This document shows, in pieces, positions 38,708 through 48,550 of a stretch of 59,533 nt of DNA (position 1 is the stretch's first letter; every line of letters starts with the position of its first letter). The stretch is from a virus. Taxonomy: Duplodnaviria; Caudoviricetes. The stretch lies in the IMG/VR virus record IMGVR_UViG_3300023180_000058, positions 1 to 59,533 of that record; one strand, 5' to 3'. Under the pieces are notes generated by a model that worked only from the letters and a program-made list of their open reading frames with translations, was not told where the DNA came from and did no database searches. A program made the position numbers and the translations under genes.

Positions 38708-39778
38708 ATGTCAATGCTTGAACAAGCCATCGTAGATGCAAAAGACCTTCGTGAGGTTGCAAAAGCAAACGCCGAAGCCGAGGTTCTTGAAAAATATTCA
38801 TCACAAATCAAAGAAGCCGTCGACCGCCTTTTAGAGCAGGACGACGAAGAAATGGAAGCAGGGGACCTTGGAGCCGAAGCGGAAGCTGAAGTTCTAGACC
38901 TTGATGCTGCCGAAGAGACAAGCGAGGTTGAAGACGATCTACCAATGTCTTATGAAGCCCAGCCGGCCGATGAAAAAGAAGAAGCCGAGCAAATGATTGA
39001 CGACGTTTCTGACTCAATTGAACAAGCTCAAAACGTCCTTGATCAACTCGCCGTAAAAGTAGCGAAAATGGGCGAAGAAGATGGCGACGAAGAAATGGTC
39101 ACTATTGACCTAGACAAGCTTGAGGACTCCGAAGTAGAAATAGAAGACGCTACCGGTGAGCCAGAGGCTATAGCAGAAGAGATCGACATTTCTGAAGACG
39201 AGCTTCTTGGCCTTATGGAAAAGCTTACCGTTGATACTTCAGCGCAAAAAAGCGGCTGGGCAGGACGCCCCGACAGCCAAGTGTTCTTTGAACAAGAGCT
39301 TGAGCTAGCCCGCATGAGATCAACTGAGCTTGAAGAAGATAACGCTGCATTCAAAGCAGCCGTTAGAGAACTTACCGAGAGCAAGAACAGTTTAGAAAAA
39401 GAACTAACAGAAAAAAACAATGTAATAAAGAATACTGCAGTATTGGTTGAAAGCTTGCAGAATAAGCTTTCAGAGTCTCATCTCGTTAACACAAAACTGT
39501 TTTATACAAACAAAGCCCTATTAGATGACTCCTTGAATGAGCGGCAAAAAAGTAAAATTGTCGAAACAATCAACCGGGCCGACACGACCGATAAGGTCAA
39601 AGCTGTGTTTGAAACTCTATGTGAATCGGTTTCGTCTGAACCTGCAAAGAATGCTGGCCCAGAAAACTTGACTGAAGCGCTAAAAGTTAGAACACTTGTG
39701 GCTCGCCCCTCAAAAAAACAAACAATAAGCGAGTCAAGCGACGTTCTTCGTATGAAGAGACTAGCAGGCATACTTTAA
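38708..39778 (+). CDS. Prohead core/scaffold protein (T4 gp22-like)
   Basis: Very acidic coiled coil with many L-x-E sites and C-terminal RMKRLAGI. Directly upstream of the capsid gene. Confidence 0.8.
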   Translation: MSMLEQAIVDAKDLREVAKANAEAEVLEKYSSQIKEAVDRLLEQDDEEMEAGDLGAEAEAEVLDLDAAEETSEVEDDLPMSYEAQPADEKEEAEQMIDDVSDSIEQAQNVLDQLAVKVAKMGEEDGDEEMVTIDLDKLEDSEVEIEDATGEPEAIAEEIDISEDELLGLMEKLTVDTSAQKSGWAGRPDSQVFFEQELELARMRSTELEEDNAAFKAAVRELTESKNSLEKELTEKNNVIKNTAVLVESLQNKLSESHLVNTKLFYTNKALLDDSLNERQKSKIVETINRADTTDKVKAVFETLCESVSSEPAKNAGPENLTEALKVRTLVARPSKKQTISESSDVLRMKRLAGIL

Positions 39779-39799
39779 TATAAAAGGAGAAATTTTAAA

Positions 39800-41518
39800 A
39801 TGTCAGTACTTAAGACACTCACAGAGGGCATTGAGCCCCGTGACCTTCACAAGGAGTCAAGTGCACTACTTAATAAGTGGGAGCGAACAGGACTTCTTGA
39901 GGGTCTAAACACAGAAGACCATCGTCACCAGATGGCTCGACTACTTGAAAACCAGGCCAAGGAGCTTCTTCGTGAATCATCCGCAATGAACTCCGGCGAC
40001 GTTGAAGGCTTTGCAGCAGTTGCATTCCCCCTCGTTCGACGTGTATTCGCATCACTTGTTGCCCAGGACCTAGTTTCTGTTCAGCCGATGTCACTTCCTT
40101 CAGGACTAATCTTCTTCCTAGACTTTACTTTCTCAAGTGATGGTACGACAATGCCACGTCTTGGCTATGCTGCCGATACTTCAGTTTACGGTGGAGGAAG
40201 AGTTGCTTCACAGATCACCGGAGGTGTTATTCTTACCGGCGCCAACGTTGAGACCGGCCCTTACGCACTTAACAACGGCTTTGCATCACCAACTGCTTCC
40301 GTGACTATTGCAACAACAATCGTTGCTTCAGGCTCTGTTACAGATGGCGGTGCCCTTGTATTTGGCGGCAGTTCAACAGGCTACGATCTCCAGAGACTTC
40401 TTCGCTTCGACGCTGACCTAACTTCAGGTTCGGCTTTCGCTGCTGCAACAATACCGCTTGCCACCCTAACAAGTGGCCAGTTCAACGAGGATAACTTTGT
40501 TGGCCTAACCCTTACCAGCGTTAGCGACGGACGTCAAGTTCGACGACTTACTGGCTTTGACCCAACAGACTCAACAAAGGTTCTTGTTGTTCTTGAGGCT
40601 TCAGGCTCAGAGACATCGAACACTCTTTCCTCATCACTAGATGCCGTAACAGCATGCACCCTCCCAATTGACGACGACTTCATTGGCGGCGCCCTTGGTG
40701 CAGTTGTTGGTGATGCAACTTGGGGACTTGAGGGCAACCCTAATATCCCTGAGATTGACATCAAGGTCGACTCCGTATCAGTCACCGCAGTCACCAAGAA
40801 GCTTAAGGCGAAGTGGACTCCGGAACTTGGTCAGGACCTCAACGCATACCACAACATGGACGCAGAGGTTGAGCTTACTTCAATCCTTTCAGAGCAGGTT
40901 GCTCTTGAGATTGATCGTGAGATTCTTGAAGACCTTGTTAAGGGCGCAACTGCTGGTACATTCTACTGGTCACGTCGACCGGGTCGTTTCCTCGACCGTG
41001 AAACCGGCGCTGATATCGCCAATGGGACCCAGAACGAGAGCCTTCTTGGAGCCGACTTCACTGGTAATGTTTCAGAGTGGTACGAAACTCTCATTGAAAC
41101 AATCAATGATGTTTCCGCTCAGATCCACCGTAAGACACTTCGTGGCGGCGCCAACTATATTGTTGTCTCCCCTGAAATGGCTAACATTCTTGAGTTCACC
41201 GCCGGCTTCCGTGCTGCTGTAACTCACGATGATGACCGTGGGTCCGTTGGTGCTGTTCGTGTTGGTTCACTTTCCAAGAAGTTTGACGTTTATGTCGACC
41301 CCTACTTCCTACGCAATGTCGTACTAGTTGGTCGCAAGGGCGCTTCCTTCCTTGAGAGTGGCTACGTATACGCTCCGTATGTTCCTCTCCAGGTGACTCC
41401 GACTATCTTCGGTGTCGAGGACTTCGTACCTCGTAAGGGTGTCATGACCCGTTACGCCAAGAAGATGGTTCGTCCGGACATGTACGGTCTAGTTGTCTGC
41501 AAGGATTTCCTTGGCTAA
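39800..41518 (+). CDS. Major capsid protein (T4 gp23-like)
   Basis: LLENQ, FPLVRRVF, VSVQPMSLPSGLIFFLD, KLKAKWTPELGQDLNAYH..DAEVELTSILSEQVALEIDREIL, YAPYVPL, KGVMTRYA. Confidence 0.95.
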   Translation: MSVLKTLTEGIEPRDLHKESSALLNKWERTGLLEGLNTEDHRHQMARLLENQAKELLRESSAMNSGDVEGFAAVAFPLVRRVFASLVAQDLVSVQPMSLPSGLIFFLDFTFSSDGTTMPRLGYAADTSVYGGGRVASQITGGVILTGANVETGPYALNNGFASPTASVTIATTIVASGSVTDGGALVFGGSSTGYDLQRLLRFDADLTSGSAFAAATIPLATLTSGQFNEDNFVGLTLTSVSDGRQVRRLTGFDPTDSTKVLVVLEASGSETSNTLSSSLDAVTACTLPIDDDFIGGALGAVVGDATWGLEGNPNIPEIDIKVDSVSVTAVTKKLKAKWTPELGQDLNAYHNMDAEVELTSILSEQVALEIDREILEDLVKGATAGTFYWSRRPGRFLDRETGADIANGTQNESLLGADFTGNVSEWYETLIETINDVSAQIHRKTLRGGANYIVVSPEMANILEFTAGFRAAVTHDDDRGSVGAVRVGSLSKKFDVYVDPYFLRNVVLVGRKGASFLESGYVYAPYVPLQVTPTIFGVEDFVPRKGVMTRYAKKMVRPDMYGLVVCKDFLG

Positions 41519-41538
41519 GAACTAGTCTGAACTAGGAT

Positions 41539-41577
41539 AAAAGAGACCTCCGGTGGAAACACCGGGGGTTTTCTTTT
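41539..41577 (+). terminator. Rho-independent terminator after major capsid gene
   Basis: AAAAGAGACCTCCGGT-GGAAAC-ACCGGGGGTTTTCTTTT stem-loop with U tract. Confidence 0.85.
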
Positions 41578-41584
41578 GCCGAGA

Positions 41585-41594
41585 ACTATTTAAG
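41585..41594 (+). promoter_or_regulatory. Putative late promoter motif ACTATTTAAG
   Basis: Immediately after the terminator, upstream of the neck gene. Confidence 0.65.
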
Positions 41595-41622
41595 ATAGAG
41601 CACTTATAAGGAGAATACACGA

Positions 41623-42885
41623 ATGTCTTTGCCTGTCCTAACACCTACTTCCCAAACATCAGCAATAATACTTCCTCAGACCGGGACAGCAACTGATGTG
41701 GCCGCAACTTTACCATACGGCATTTATTCTTCATCAGACTCCTTTCTAACAGGCGCCTCAGACCAAGTTGCTTATACTTATAAAATGCTTGGCGGCGACG
41801 TTTTGGACATTGAGCTTACAGCCGGCAATGTTTATGCGGCTTATGAAGATGCTTGTATAGAATACTCTTATCTTGTTAATTTACATCAAAGCAAAAACTC
41901 TCTTTCTGACCTGCTAGGATCTTCAACTGGTTCTTTTGACTCGGACGGCACAATAATAGCCGGCGACGCTTCCGGCTCAGCAGCTGCTATAAAGTATACT
42001 CGCTTTTCATTTGAATACTCACGCAGAGTTGGTGATGCTGTTGGCACAGAAGTTCGTGTTGGTGGCTTGACCAACATTTACTCAGCTTCGATTGATGTTG
42101 AGGTCAATAAGCAAGACTATGACTTAGAAAGCATCTTAAGAGCAGATCCAGTTCATTCATCAAGAGTGGGAACAGATAGTAGAATCTTAATTAGAAAAGT
42201 TTTTTATAAAACCCCACAAGCAGTGTGGCGCTTTTATGGCTATTATGGCGGTTTGAACGCTGTTGGCAACTTATCTAGTTATGGTCAGTTTGCTGATGAT
42301 TCAACTTTTGAAGTTATTCCAACTTGGCAAAATAAAGCCCAGGCAATGGCTTTTGAAGACGCTATTTACACAAGAACAAGCGGCTTTTCATATCAGTTAA
42401 GAAACAACCAACTTCGTATTTTCCCTTCTCCAACCACTTTTCAGCCCAAAAAGATGTGGATCGAGTATTCAGTAGATGAATCACCACTTTCTTCGTCTAT
42501 TGGTTATGTTGAAAAGCAAATCAATGGTGTAAACAACTTAAACACCCTTCCATACGAAAATGTGCCGTATGCTTCTATTAACTCAATAGGCAAACATTGG
42601 ATTCGGCGCTATGCTCTTGCTGTATCAAAAGGACAACTAGGAGAGGTACGTTCTAAGTTTGCCACAGTTCCTATTCCTGGCGAGTCTGTGACGCTGAACG
42701 GTACTGCCCTAAAAGATGAGAGCAAGGCAGAAAAGGAAGCCCTTAGAAATGAACTCAAGACCATTATGGACGAGTTAACTTATACCAAACTTGCCCAAGA
42801 CGACCAAACAAAGATCTCGGCAGTGGTTGAGACCTTTAAAGCTATTCCAATGCCGATCTATACTGGCCCACAAGGTAGCGCATAA
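41623..42885 (+). CDS. Neck/head-tail adaptor (T4 gp13-like)
   Basis: YKMLGGDVLDIELT start and WIRRYALA..K.QLGEVRSKF..P.PG..VTLNG C-terminus. Follows the capsid gene. Confidence 0.75.
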   Translation: MSLPVLTPTSQTSAIILPQTGTATDVAATLPYGIYSSSDSFLTGASDQVAYTYKMLGGDVLDIELTAGNVYAAYEDACIEYSYLVNLHQSKNSLSDLLGSSTGSFDSDGTIIAGDASGSAAAIKYTRFSFEYSRRVGDAVGTEVRVGGLTNIYSASIDVEVNKQDYDLESILRADPVHSSRVGTDSRILIRKVFYKTPQAVWRFYGYYGGLNAVGNLSSYGQFADDSTFEVIPTWQNKAQAMAFEDAIYTRTSGFSYQLRNNQLRIFPSPTTFQPKKMWIEYSVDESPLSSSIGYVEKQINGVNNLNTLPYENVPYASINSIGKHWIRRYALAVSKGQLGEVRSKFATVPIPGESVTLNGTALKDESKAEKEALRNELKTIMDELTYTKLAQDDQTKISAVVETFKAIPMPIYTGPQGSA

Positions 42886-43373
42886 TGGCAGATAACAAAT
42901 GGTCTAGACCAGCTCAGCCGCCGCCGCCACTCTTTTTCAATGAGAAAGAGCGAGATCTGGTAAAACAAGTAAATGATGAACTAATAGAAAGAGTAATAGG
43001 ACAAACAGTTGCTTATTACCCACTTTCCTTAGAACATACAAACTATCATTCACTTTATGGGGAGGCAATCCAAAAATCTTTCCTTCCTCCAGTTAGAGTA
43101 TACGCATTAGTCAAGTTTGATGGTATTCAAACAGAAACATCAAACTACGGCCTGGACAAAACTGCTTCAATAACTGTAAACTTCCATAAAAGAAGGCTTA
43201 CAGAGGACCAAGATCTTTATGTTAGAGAAGGAGATTTTGTGTTGTATGACGAGATTTTATACGAAATAACAACCCTTATGGAGCCTAGGCTTTTATTTGG
43301 GCAAGCAGACAGAAGATTTGAGATTTCAGCCAAGTGCTTGAGATCAAGAGAAGGTTTATTCGATGGACAATAA
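42885..43373 (+). CDS. Neck/head closure protein (T4 gp14-like)
   Basis: ELIERVIGQTVAYY...LYGEA, REGDFV. Gene order. Confidence 0.7.
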   Translation: MADNKWSRPAQPPPPLFFNEKERDLVKQVNDELIERVIGQTVAYYPLSLEHTNYHSLYGEAIQKSFLPPVRVYALVKFDGIQTETSNYGLDKTASITVNFHKRRLTEDQDLYVREGDFVLYDEILYEITTLMEPRLLFGQADRRFEISAKCLRSREGLFDGQ

Positions 43374-44160
43374 CGGATCAGAAAGATTAATACACATCCC
43401 ATTCGAACCCTCAACATTGGAAAACATTGACGAGGCTGTTTTTAACTTTGTCAATGAAGATCTAAACATTAGCACAAGAACAAACAAAGGCTTCAAGAAA
43501 GTTCCGGTTATTTGGCAAGGATCAGAACGAGCTTGGTATACAAAGAAAGATCCAAGAACAAATGACATTCTAAACTTTCCGATTATTACTGTTGCGAGAA
43601 CCGGCCTATCAAAAGATCCTTCAAAAAAAGGAATCTTCCAAGGGAACGTCCCACCAGATTCTAATGGTGCTTCTATTCAGATTGCAAAAAGAATAATGCA
43701 AAGTAAAACAGCAGATTTCTCCAATGCATTTGCAAAACAACAAACCGGACAGTCAACGCAGAACCAAAGAAGAAAAAAGACAAAAGTTGTTTATGACTTT
43801 ATTGGTATACCTCAAGTGGTGCACATCAATCCAATTTATGAAGTAACCCTTACCTCGTTATACACCCAGCAAATGAATGAAATGATTCAGCCTTTTATGG
43901 TACGAACCGGAAACATAAACTATAAGGTAGTGGAGAACAACTTTCACCGCTATGAGTTGTTTATGGATTCAAATTACAATATCTCAGACAACTCAGCAAA
44001 TTTAGGCGAAGAACAAAGAAAGTTGGAAGCAAAAATAACTTTTAATTTAATTGGTTATTTATTTGGCGAATATGTCAACGAAGAAAAACCAAAAATAATA
44101 ATCAGGGAAAGCATTGTAGAATACAAATTTCCAAAAGAAACAACAATTTTAACCCTGTAG
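43363..44160 (+). CDS. Tail terminator/sheath stabiliser (T4 gp15-like)
   Basis: KVPVIW...ERAW, FPIITV, YEVTL...QQMNEMIQPF. Precedes the sheath gene. Confidence 0.65.
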   Translation: MDNNGSERLIHIPFEPSTLENIDEAVFNFVNEDLNISTRTNKGFKKVPVIWQGSERAWYTKKDPRTNDILNFPIITVARTGLSKDPSKKGIFQGNVPPDSNGASIQIAKRIMQSKTADFSNAFAKQQTGQSTQNQRRKKTKVVYDFIGIPQVVHINPIYEVTLTSLYTQQMNEMIQPFMVRTGNINYKVVENNFHRYELFMDSNYNISDNSANLGEEQRKLEAKITFNLIGYLFGEYVNEEKPKIIIRESIVEYKFPKETTILTL

Positions 44161-44180
44161 GTGTTTTTGAGAATTTTTCA

Positions 44181-44190
44181 ACTATTTATT
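44181..44190 (+). promoter_or_regulatory. Putative late promoter motif ACTATTTATT
   Basis: Intergenic, upstream of the sheath gene. Confidence 0.65.
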
Positions 44191-44232
44191 ATTGAACTAT
44201 AATTATATAATTCAACTAAGGAGTTTTAAGCA

Positions 44233-47088
44233 ATGCCCGCAGACAAATTTAGATTTATTTCACCTGGAGTTCAAGTAGCAGAAATTGATCGTTCAGGAAT
44301 CCCGGCTGAGGCACCCCCAGTTGGCCCCGCAGTAATTGGTCGTACCCCGCATGGACCAGCAATGACCCCTGTTCGTCTTGAGTCAACAGATGACCTTTAT
44401 AGAATCTTTGGCGCCCCGTCGCCTGGAGGTAGAGGTGGAGATGTATGGCGTGAAGGAAACTTTGCCGCCCCGACTTACGGAGCATTCGCCGCCGAAGCTT
44501 ACCTTCGCAACAACAACCCAATAACATTTGTTCGATTGGCAGGAGAACAACACCCAGAAGCGACCACGACCGGTTACGCTGGCTGGACAGCGCTCGAAGC
44601 TACAGGCGTATTCGTTGCTAATGTTGTCTCTGGAACTAATGGTTTTGAGCAAACAACTGCTTCACTCGGCGCAGTATTTTACTTAACAGATGCATCTGCA
44701 TCTGTACAGCTTATAAGCACCACGAACGGCCAAACCACTCCGGTTGATGCCGCTGGTACATTGGTTCAGAATGAATCTTCTAACGCATTTGACCTTACAT
44801 TTACGGCAATTGTCAAAAACTACCAAGGTTCCAACCACCTTACTGCCACGTTCAATTTTGATCCAAACTCAGAAAAGTACATTCGTAAGGTATTCAACAC
44901 AAACCCGCACTACACAAATTCAGATCTTTATGACACCGGCACAGTATTGAATTACTGGCTAGGAGAGACTTTTGAAAGCTCACTAGAAGAGATTGTGTGT
45001 GGCGGCGGTCCCGGTACTGGTGCGCCAACTACGCTTAGTGGCACTGGGAAGAACGCTTTTGCTTTCGTTGCCCCACTAACCGGTTCGGAAGCAGACCTAG
45101 CAGACCGTGTCGATGCGTCTGCCGGAGCAAAGAGTGGCCTAGTGTTCTCACAAGATCTTACGCAAGAAACAGGCTCCTATCAGCCACAAAATCAGCAGAA
45201 ACTTTTCCGTTTTGCTGCTACTGATAATCGAGGCGAGTGGGACAATAAAAACGTCAAGATATCAATTGCAAACGTAAAAGCAGCAGTTAACCCAACTGTC
45301 GACCCTTACGGCACTTTTGATGTTTTCGTGCGAGCTGCTAGCGATACAGATAACGCCCTAAATCTTTTAGAATCATTCACAGGTCTAAATCTAAATCCAG
45401 CATCCCCAGATTATATTGCTCGTCGAATTGGCGATAGATACCTAAGCTGGAACACGACTGAAAAATACTACGAAGAGTATGGAACATACAACAATGTCTC
45501 AAAATACATTCGTATGGAAATGAATGATGAAGTCGACAACGCTACCGCTAACCCAGCAGTTCTTCCGTTTGGTTACTTTGGGCCAATAAGAACAGCAACT
45601 CAAATAGACACAGGTACTCCAGGTACTGGTGCTGGTTTGGTTGTCGGTGAAGCTTCAATGTTTGCCGGTGCGACACTTACAACCGGCTCTGAATACTCTG
45701 GCCCCGCTTTCACTGCTAGCATGGGCGCCCGAATTGAGTTTCCTAGGATTTCACTTCGCCAGTCAGGCACTTACGGCGTCTCAGCGCCGAAGAGCGCTTT
45801 CTATGGTGCACGCACACAAGGCACATTCGCCAGACGTGATAACGGCTATGCTGATTACACCAGACGACTCTCTTCAGACCTAGACGATCCTTACGGCTCA
45901 GGGGGCACGCTTACGGGTACCGGCCTAGAATACTCTTACATCTTCTCATTAGATGATGTCTCGGGCTCGGCCGCAGTTCCTGTTTATGTTTCAGGTTCAC
46001 GAGCAGATGGAGAATCTTTCAGAGGAACAGGGGATATCGATACCCTTCTTGATGCTAGTGTCAACTCATTTACATTACCGCTAGTTGGCGGAACAGACGG
46101 CTTGGACATTACAGAGCCAGAGCCTTTTGCAAACCGACTAATAGGAGCGTCTGAGCAAACTTCATATGAGCTATACTCAGTTCGTAAGGCAATCGACATG
46201 CTTAGAGACCCTGATGTGATTGAGCACAACGTTGTAACCGTACCGGGCTTGTCCGATCCTCTTGTAACTGATTACTTGGTTGATATGGCCGAGGAAAGAA
46301 AAGACACATTGGCTATTATCGACATTGAAAACGATTATAAGCCTCGTTTTGAGTTGCTAGCTGGACAGATAGGAACAAACAGAACTGCACTTCCTGATCC
46401 TAGCGCTGCTGTAACCCAAATGAAGGCACGAGGTTTCGATAGTTCTTACGGTGCTGCTTACTACCCGGCAGTTCAGATAAGAGACCGAGGATCAAACACT
46501 GTATTGTATGTCCCTGCGACAGTGGCAGCGTTGTCAGCGTTTGGTTATACAGAGAGAGTTGCGGAGCCTTGGTTCGCACCAGCTGGCTTCAACCGTGGCG
46601 GCCTCTCAGCTGGCTCAACCGGTATTGTAGCAACTGGCGTTTCTAAGCGACTATCCTCAAAGGAAAGAGACGACTTATACGGCGTAAACGTTAACCCGAT
46701 TGCGCAGTTCCCACAAGAGGGGGTTGTTATCTTCGGGCAGAAAACACTTCAGGCCAGTGCTTCTGCACTTGACCGAGTCAATGTTCGTCGGCTTCTTATT
46801 TTCATCAAGAAGGAAATCTCAAGAATTGCAGATTCAATCTTATTCCAGCCGAACGTTCGTGACACTTGGGCACAATTCCTTCTTAGAGCACGCCCGCTCT
46901 TGGACGATGTCAAAGCTAAGTTTGGTCTAGAAGATTATAGACTTATTCTTGATGAGACAACAACAACGCCTGATCTAATCGATCGCAACGTACTATATGC
47001 AAAAGTGCTCCTTAAGCCGACTAGGGCAATTGAGTTTATTGCAATCGATTTCGAAATCTTCCGCTCCGGCGCAAGTTTTGATAGCTAG
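44233..47088 (+). CDS. Tail sheath protein (T4 gp18-like)
   Basis: FISPGVQVAEID, PWFAPAGFNRG, VNPIAQFP, FGQKTLQ, LDRVNVRRLL, KPTRAIEFI. Confidence 0.95.
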   Translation: MPADKFRFISPGVQVAEIDRSGIPAEAPPVGPAVIGRTPHGPAMTPVRLESTDDLYRIFGAPSPGGRGGDVWREGNFAAPTYGAFAAEAYLRNNNPITFVRLAGEQHPEATTTGYAGWTALEATGVFVANVVSGTNGFEQTTASLGAVFYLTDASASVQLISTTNGQTTPVDAAGTLVQNESSNAFDLTFTAIVKNYQGSNHLTATFNFDPNSEKYIRKVFNTNPHYTNSDLYDTGTVLNYWLGETFESSLEEIVCGGGPGTGAPTTLSGTGKNAFAFVAPLTGSEADLADRVDASAGAKSGLVFSQDLTQETGSYQPQNQQKLFRFAATDNRGEWDNKNVKISIANVKAAVNPTVDPYGTFDVFVRAASDTDNALNLLESFTGLNLNPASPDYIARRIGDRYLSWNTTEKYYEEYGTYNNVSKYIRMEMNDEVDNATANPAVLPFGYFGPIRTATQIDTGTPGTGAGLVVGEASMFAGATLTTGSEYSGPAFTASMGARIEFPRISLRQSGTYGVSAPKSAFYGARTQGTFARRDNGYADYTRRLSSDLDDPYGSGGTLTGTGLEYSYIFSLDDVSGSAAVPVYVSGSRADGESFRGTGDIDTLLDASVNSFTLPLVGGTDGLDITEPEPFANRLIGASEQTSYELYSVRKAIDMLRDPDVIEHNVVTVPGLSDPLVTDYLVDMAEERKDTLAIIDIENDYKPRFELLAGQIGTNRTALPDPSAAVTQMKARGFDSSYGAAYYPAVQIRDRGSNTVLYVPATVAALSAFGYTERVAEPWFAPAGFNRGGLSAGSTGIVATGVSKRLSSKERDDLYGVNVNPIAQFPQEGVVIFGQKTLQASASALDRVNVRRLLIFIKKEISRIADSILFQPNVRDTWAQFLLRARPLLDDVKAKFGLEDYRLILDETTTTPDLIDRNVLYAKVLLKPTRAIEFIAIDFEIFRSGASFDS

Positions 47089-47089
47089 G

Positions 47090-47099
47090 ACTATTTAAG
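47090..47099 (+). promoter_or_regulatory. Putative late promoter motif ACTATTTAAG
   Basis: Between the sheath stop and the tube gene SD AAGGAG. Confidence 0.65.
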
Positions 47100-47117
47100 A
47101 TAAAGGAGAAATAATAA

Positions 47118-47675
47118 ATGGCATTTTGGAGCAGCACAGCAACTTCTGAACCTCGTCGAAATTTTAAGTTCTTAGTTCGGATTTCCGACGCTAATGGCTT
47201 GATTCCAACTTGGGTGGTCAAATCGATTAACCTTCCAGAGATCAACGTCGGAGAATCAGAACACAAGTTTTTAAACCACACCTTCTACTTCCCAGGCACC
47301 GTTACCTATAACGAGATTTCATTTACGGTAGTCGATTCTATTAATGACGAGATATCACAAAGAGTTCTTGCAAAGTTTGCAAACTCAGGGTATAACATCC
47401 CAACAGGAGAAATTCCAGCTAACGATTCCCTAATGACAAAGAGTCGTTCTGTTAATTCGCTCGGAAATGTTACTATTGAGCATTTAGGATCCGGAGAAGA
47501 CGGACAAGATGGCATCATTAGCTTTGCCCTTACTAACGCTTGGATTAAGCAAGTTCAGTTTGGCCAAAATTTGGCATACGACAGTGAGGACCTCTCAGAG
47601 ATTTCAATGACGCTTAAATACGACTTCTTTAACTTCTATAACGGCAGCACTGCTGTCCCAAGCTTCGGCGCATAA
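47118..47675 (+). CDS. Tail tube protein (T4 gp19-like)
   Basis: EPRRNFKF, YFPGTVTYNEISFT, LTNAWIK...LAYDSED..EI.MTLKYD. Follows the sheath gene. Confidence 0.85.
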   Translation: MAFWSSTATSEPRRNFKFLVRISDANGLIPTWVVKSINLPEINVGESEHKFLNHTFYFPGTVTYNEISFTVVDSINDEISQRVLAKFANSGYNIPTGEIPANDSLMTKSRSVNSLGNVTIEHLGSGEDGQDGIISFALTNAWIKQVQFGQNLAYDSEDLSEISMTLKYDFFNFYNGSTAVPSFGA

Positions 47676-47701
47676 AAACTTACTAACCTCATAGGAGTAT
47701 A

Positions 47702-48550
47702 ATGAGAAACAATCAAGACCGTTTGGGGGCTCCCGAAGTTCCCCAAACATCCCCGGAACCAGCACCTGCAATGGCCCAGCAAGGTGCTGATTTTTCTTTT
47801 GTGGCCGCAAATGATATTGTTGAACTTCCATCAGGAGGCGAGTTTTATCCAGAGGACCATCCTCTTCGAAAAAACCCAACAGTGGAAGTAAGACAAATGA
47901 CTGCCAAGGAAGAAGACATTCTTTTAAACCAGTCTTATATAAAGCAAGGCACTGTTGTTGAAAAGCTTTTACACTCTTTGATCGTAACAAAAGACTTTGA
48001 CTTAGATGACCTTTTGGTTGGAGACAAAAATGCGATCTTGACACAAATACGAAGATCTGCTTATGGTGATGAATATCCCGTTGAGGCAGTTTGTCGTTCT
48101 TGTATGAAAAAGACTGAAGTAACTTTTGACTTGGAAGAATGTGTTCGCAACAAGCCTCTAACTTTGTCCGAAGGTGTTGAGGCAACAGGAAAAGGAACGT
48201 TTGCTTTTACGGCGCCAAAGACAAAAGCCAAAATCGAGATACGCTTTTTAACAGGTAAGGACGAAAAAGCCTTAGCCGACAAGGAAAAGAAATATAAAAA
48301 GCATAACGTTGACTTTTCAGCATCTTTAGAAACTTACAGGCTTATTATTGTTTCTGTAAATGACAATCCTGCTTTAGTTGGAACTTATGTAGAAAACATG
48401 CCTCTTCGTGACGCCAAAAAGCTTAAAGAGGTAATGAAAGACATCCAGCCAGGAGTTGATATGAAGGGTGACTTTGTTTGTCCTTCCTGTGATACGGAGG
48501 TTGAAATGGATCTACCAATCAACTTTCGCTTCCTTTGGCCTGACATCTAG
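47702..48550 (+). CDS. Tail/baseplate hub assembly chaperone (T4 gp26-like)
   Basis: VELPSGG.FY, MTAKEEDIL, LLVGDKNAI...R..AYG..Y, two CxxC motifs, ends FLWPDI. Confidence 0.7.
   Translation: MRNNQDRLGAPEVPQTSPEPAPAMAQQGADFSFVAANDIVELPSGGEFYPEDHPLRKNPTVEVRQMTAKEEDILLNQSYIKQGTVVEKLLHSLIVTKDFDLDDLLVGDKNAILTQIRRSAYGDEYPVEAVCRSCMKKTEVTFDLEECVRNKPLTLSEGVEATGKGTFAFTAPKTKAKIEIRFLTGKDEKALADKEKKYKKHNVDFSASLETYRLIIVSVNDNPALVGTYVENMPLRDAKKLKEVMKDIQPGVDMKGDFVCPSCDTEVEMDLPINFRFLWPDI

Noticed and set aside
31216-41518. Inteins, introns or homing endonucleases in terminase, portal or capsid genes
   Set aside because: Genes are continuous, of ordinary length, and show no intein or HNH/LAGLIDADG motifs.
48468-48533. 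ORF-track GTG start for the 85-aa ORF
   Set aside because: Lies inside the chaperone CDS with a weak SD context and a non-protein-like first 22 residues. A frameshift entry at 48534 fits better.
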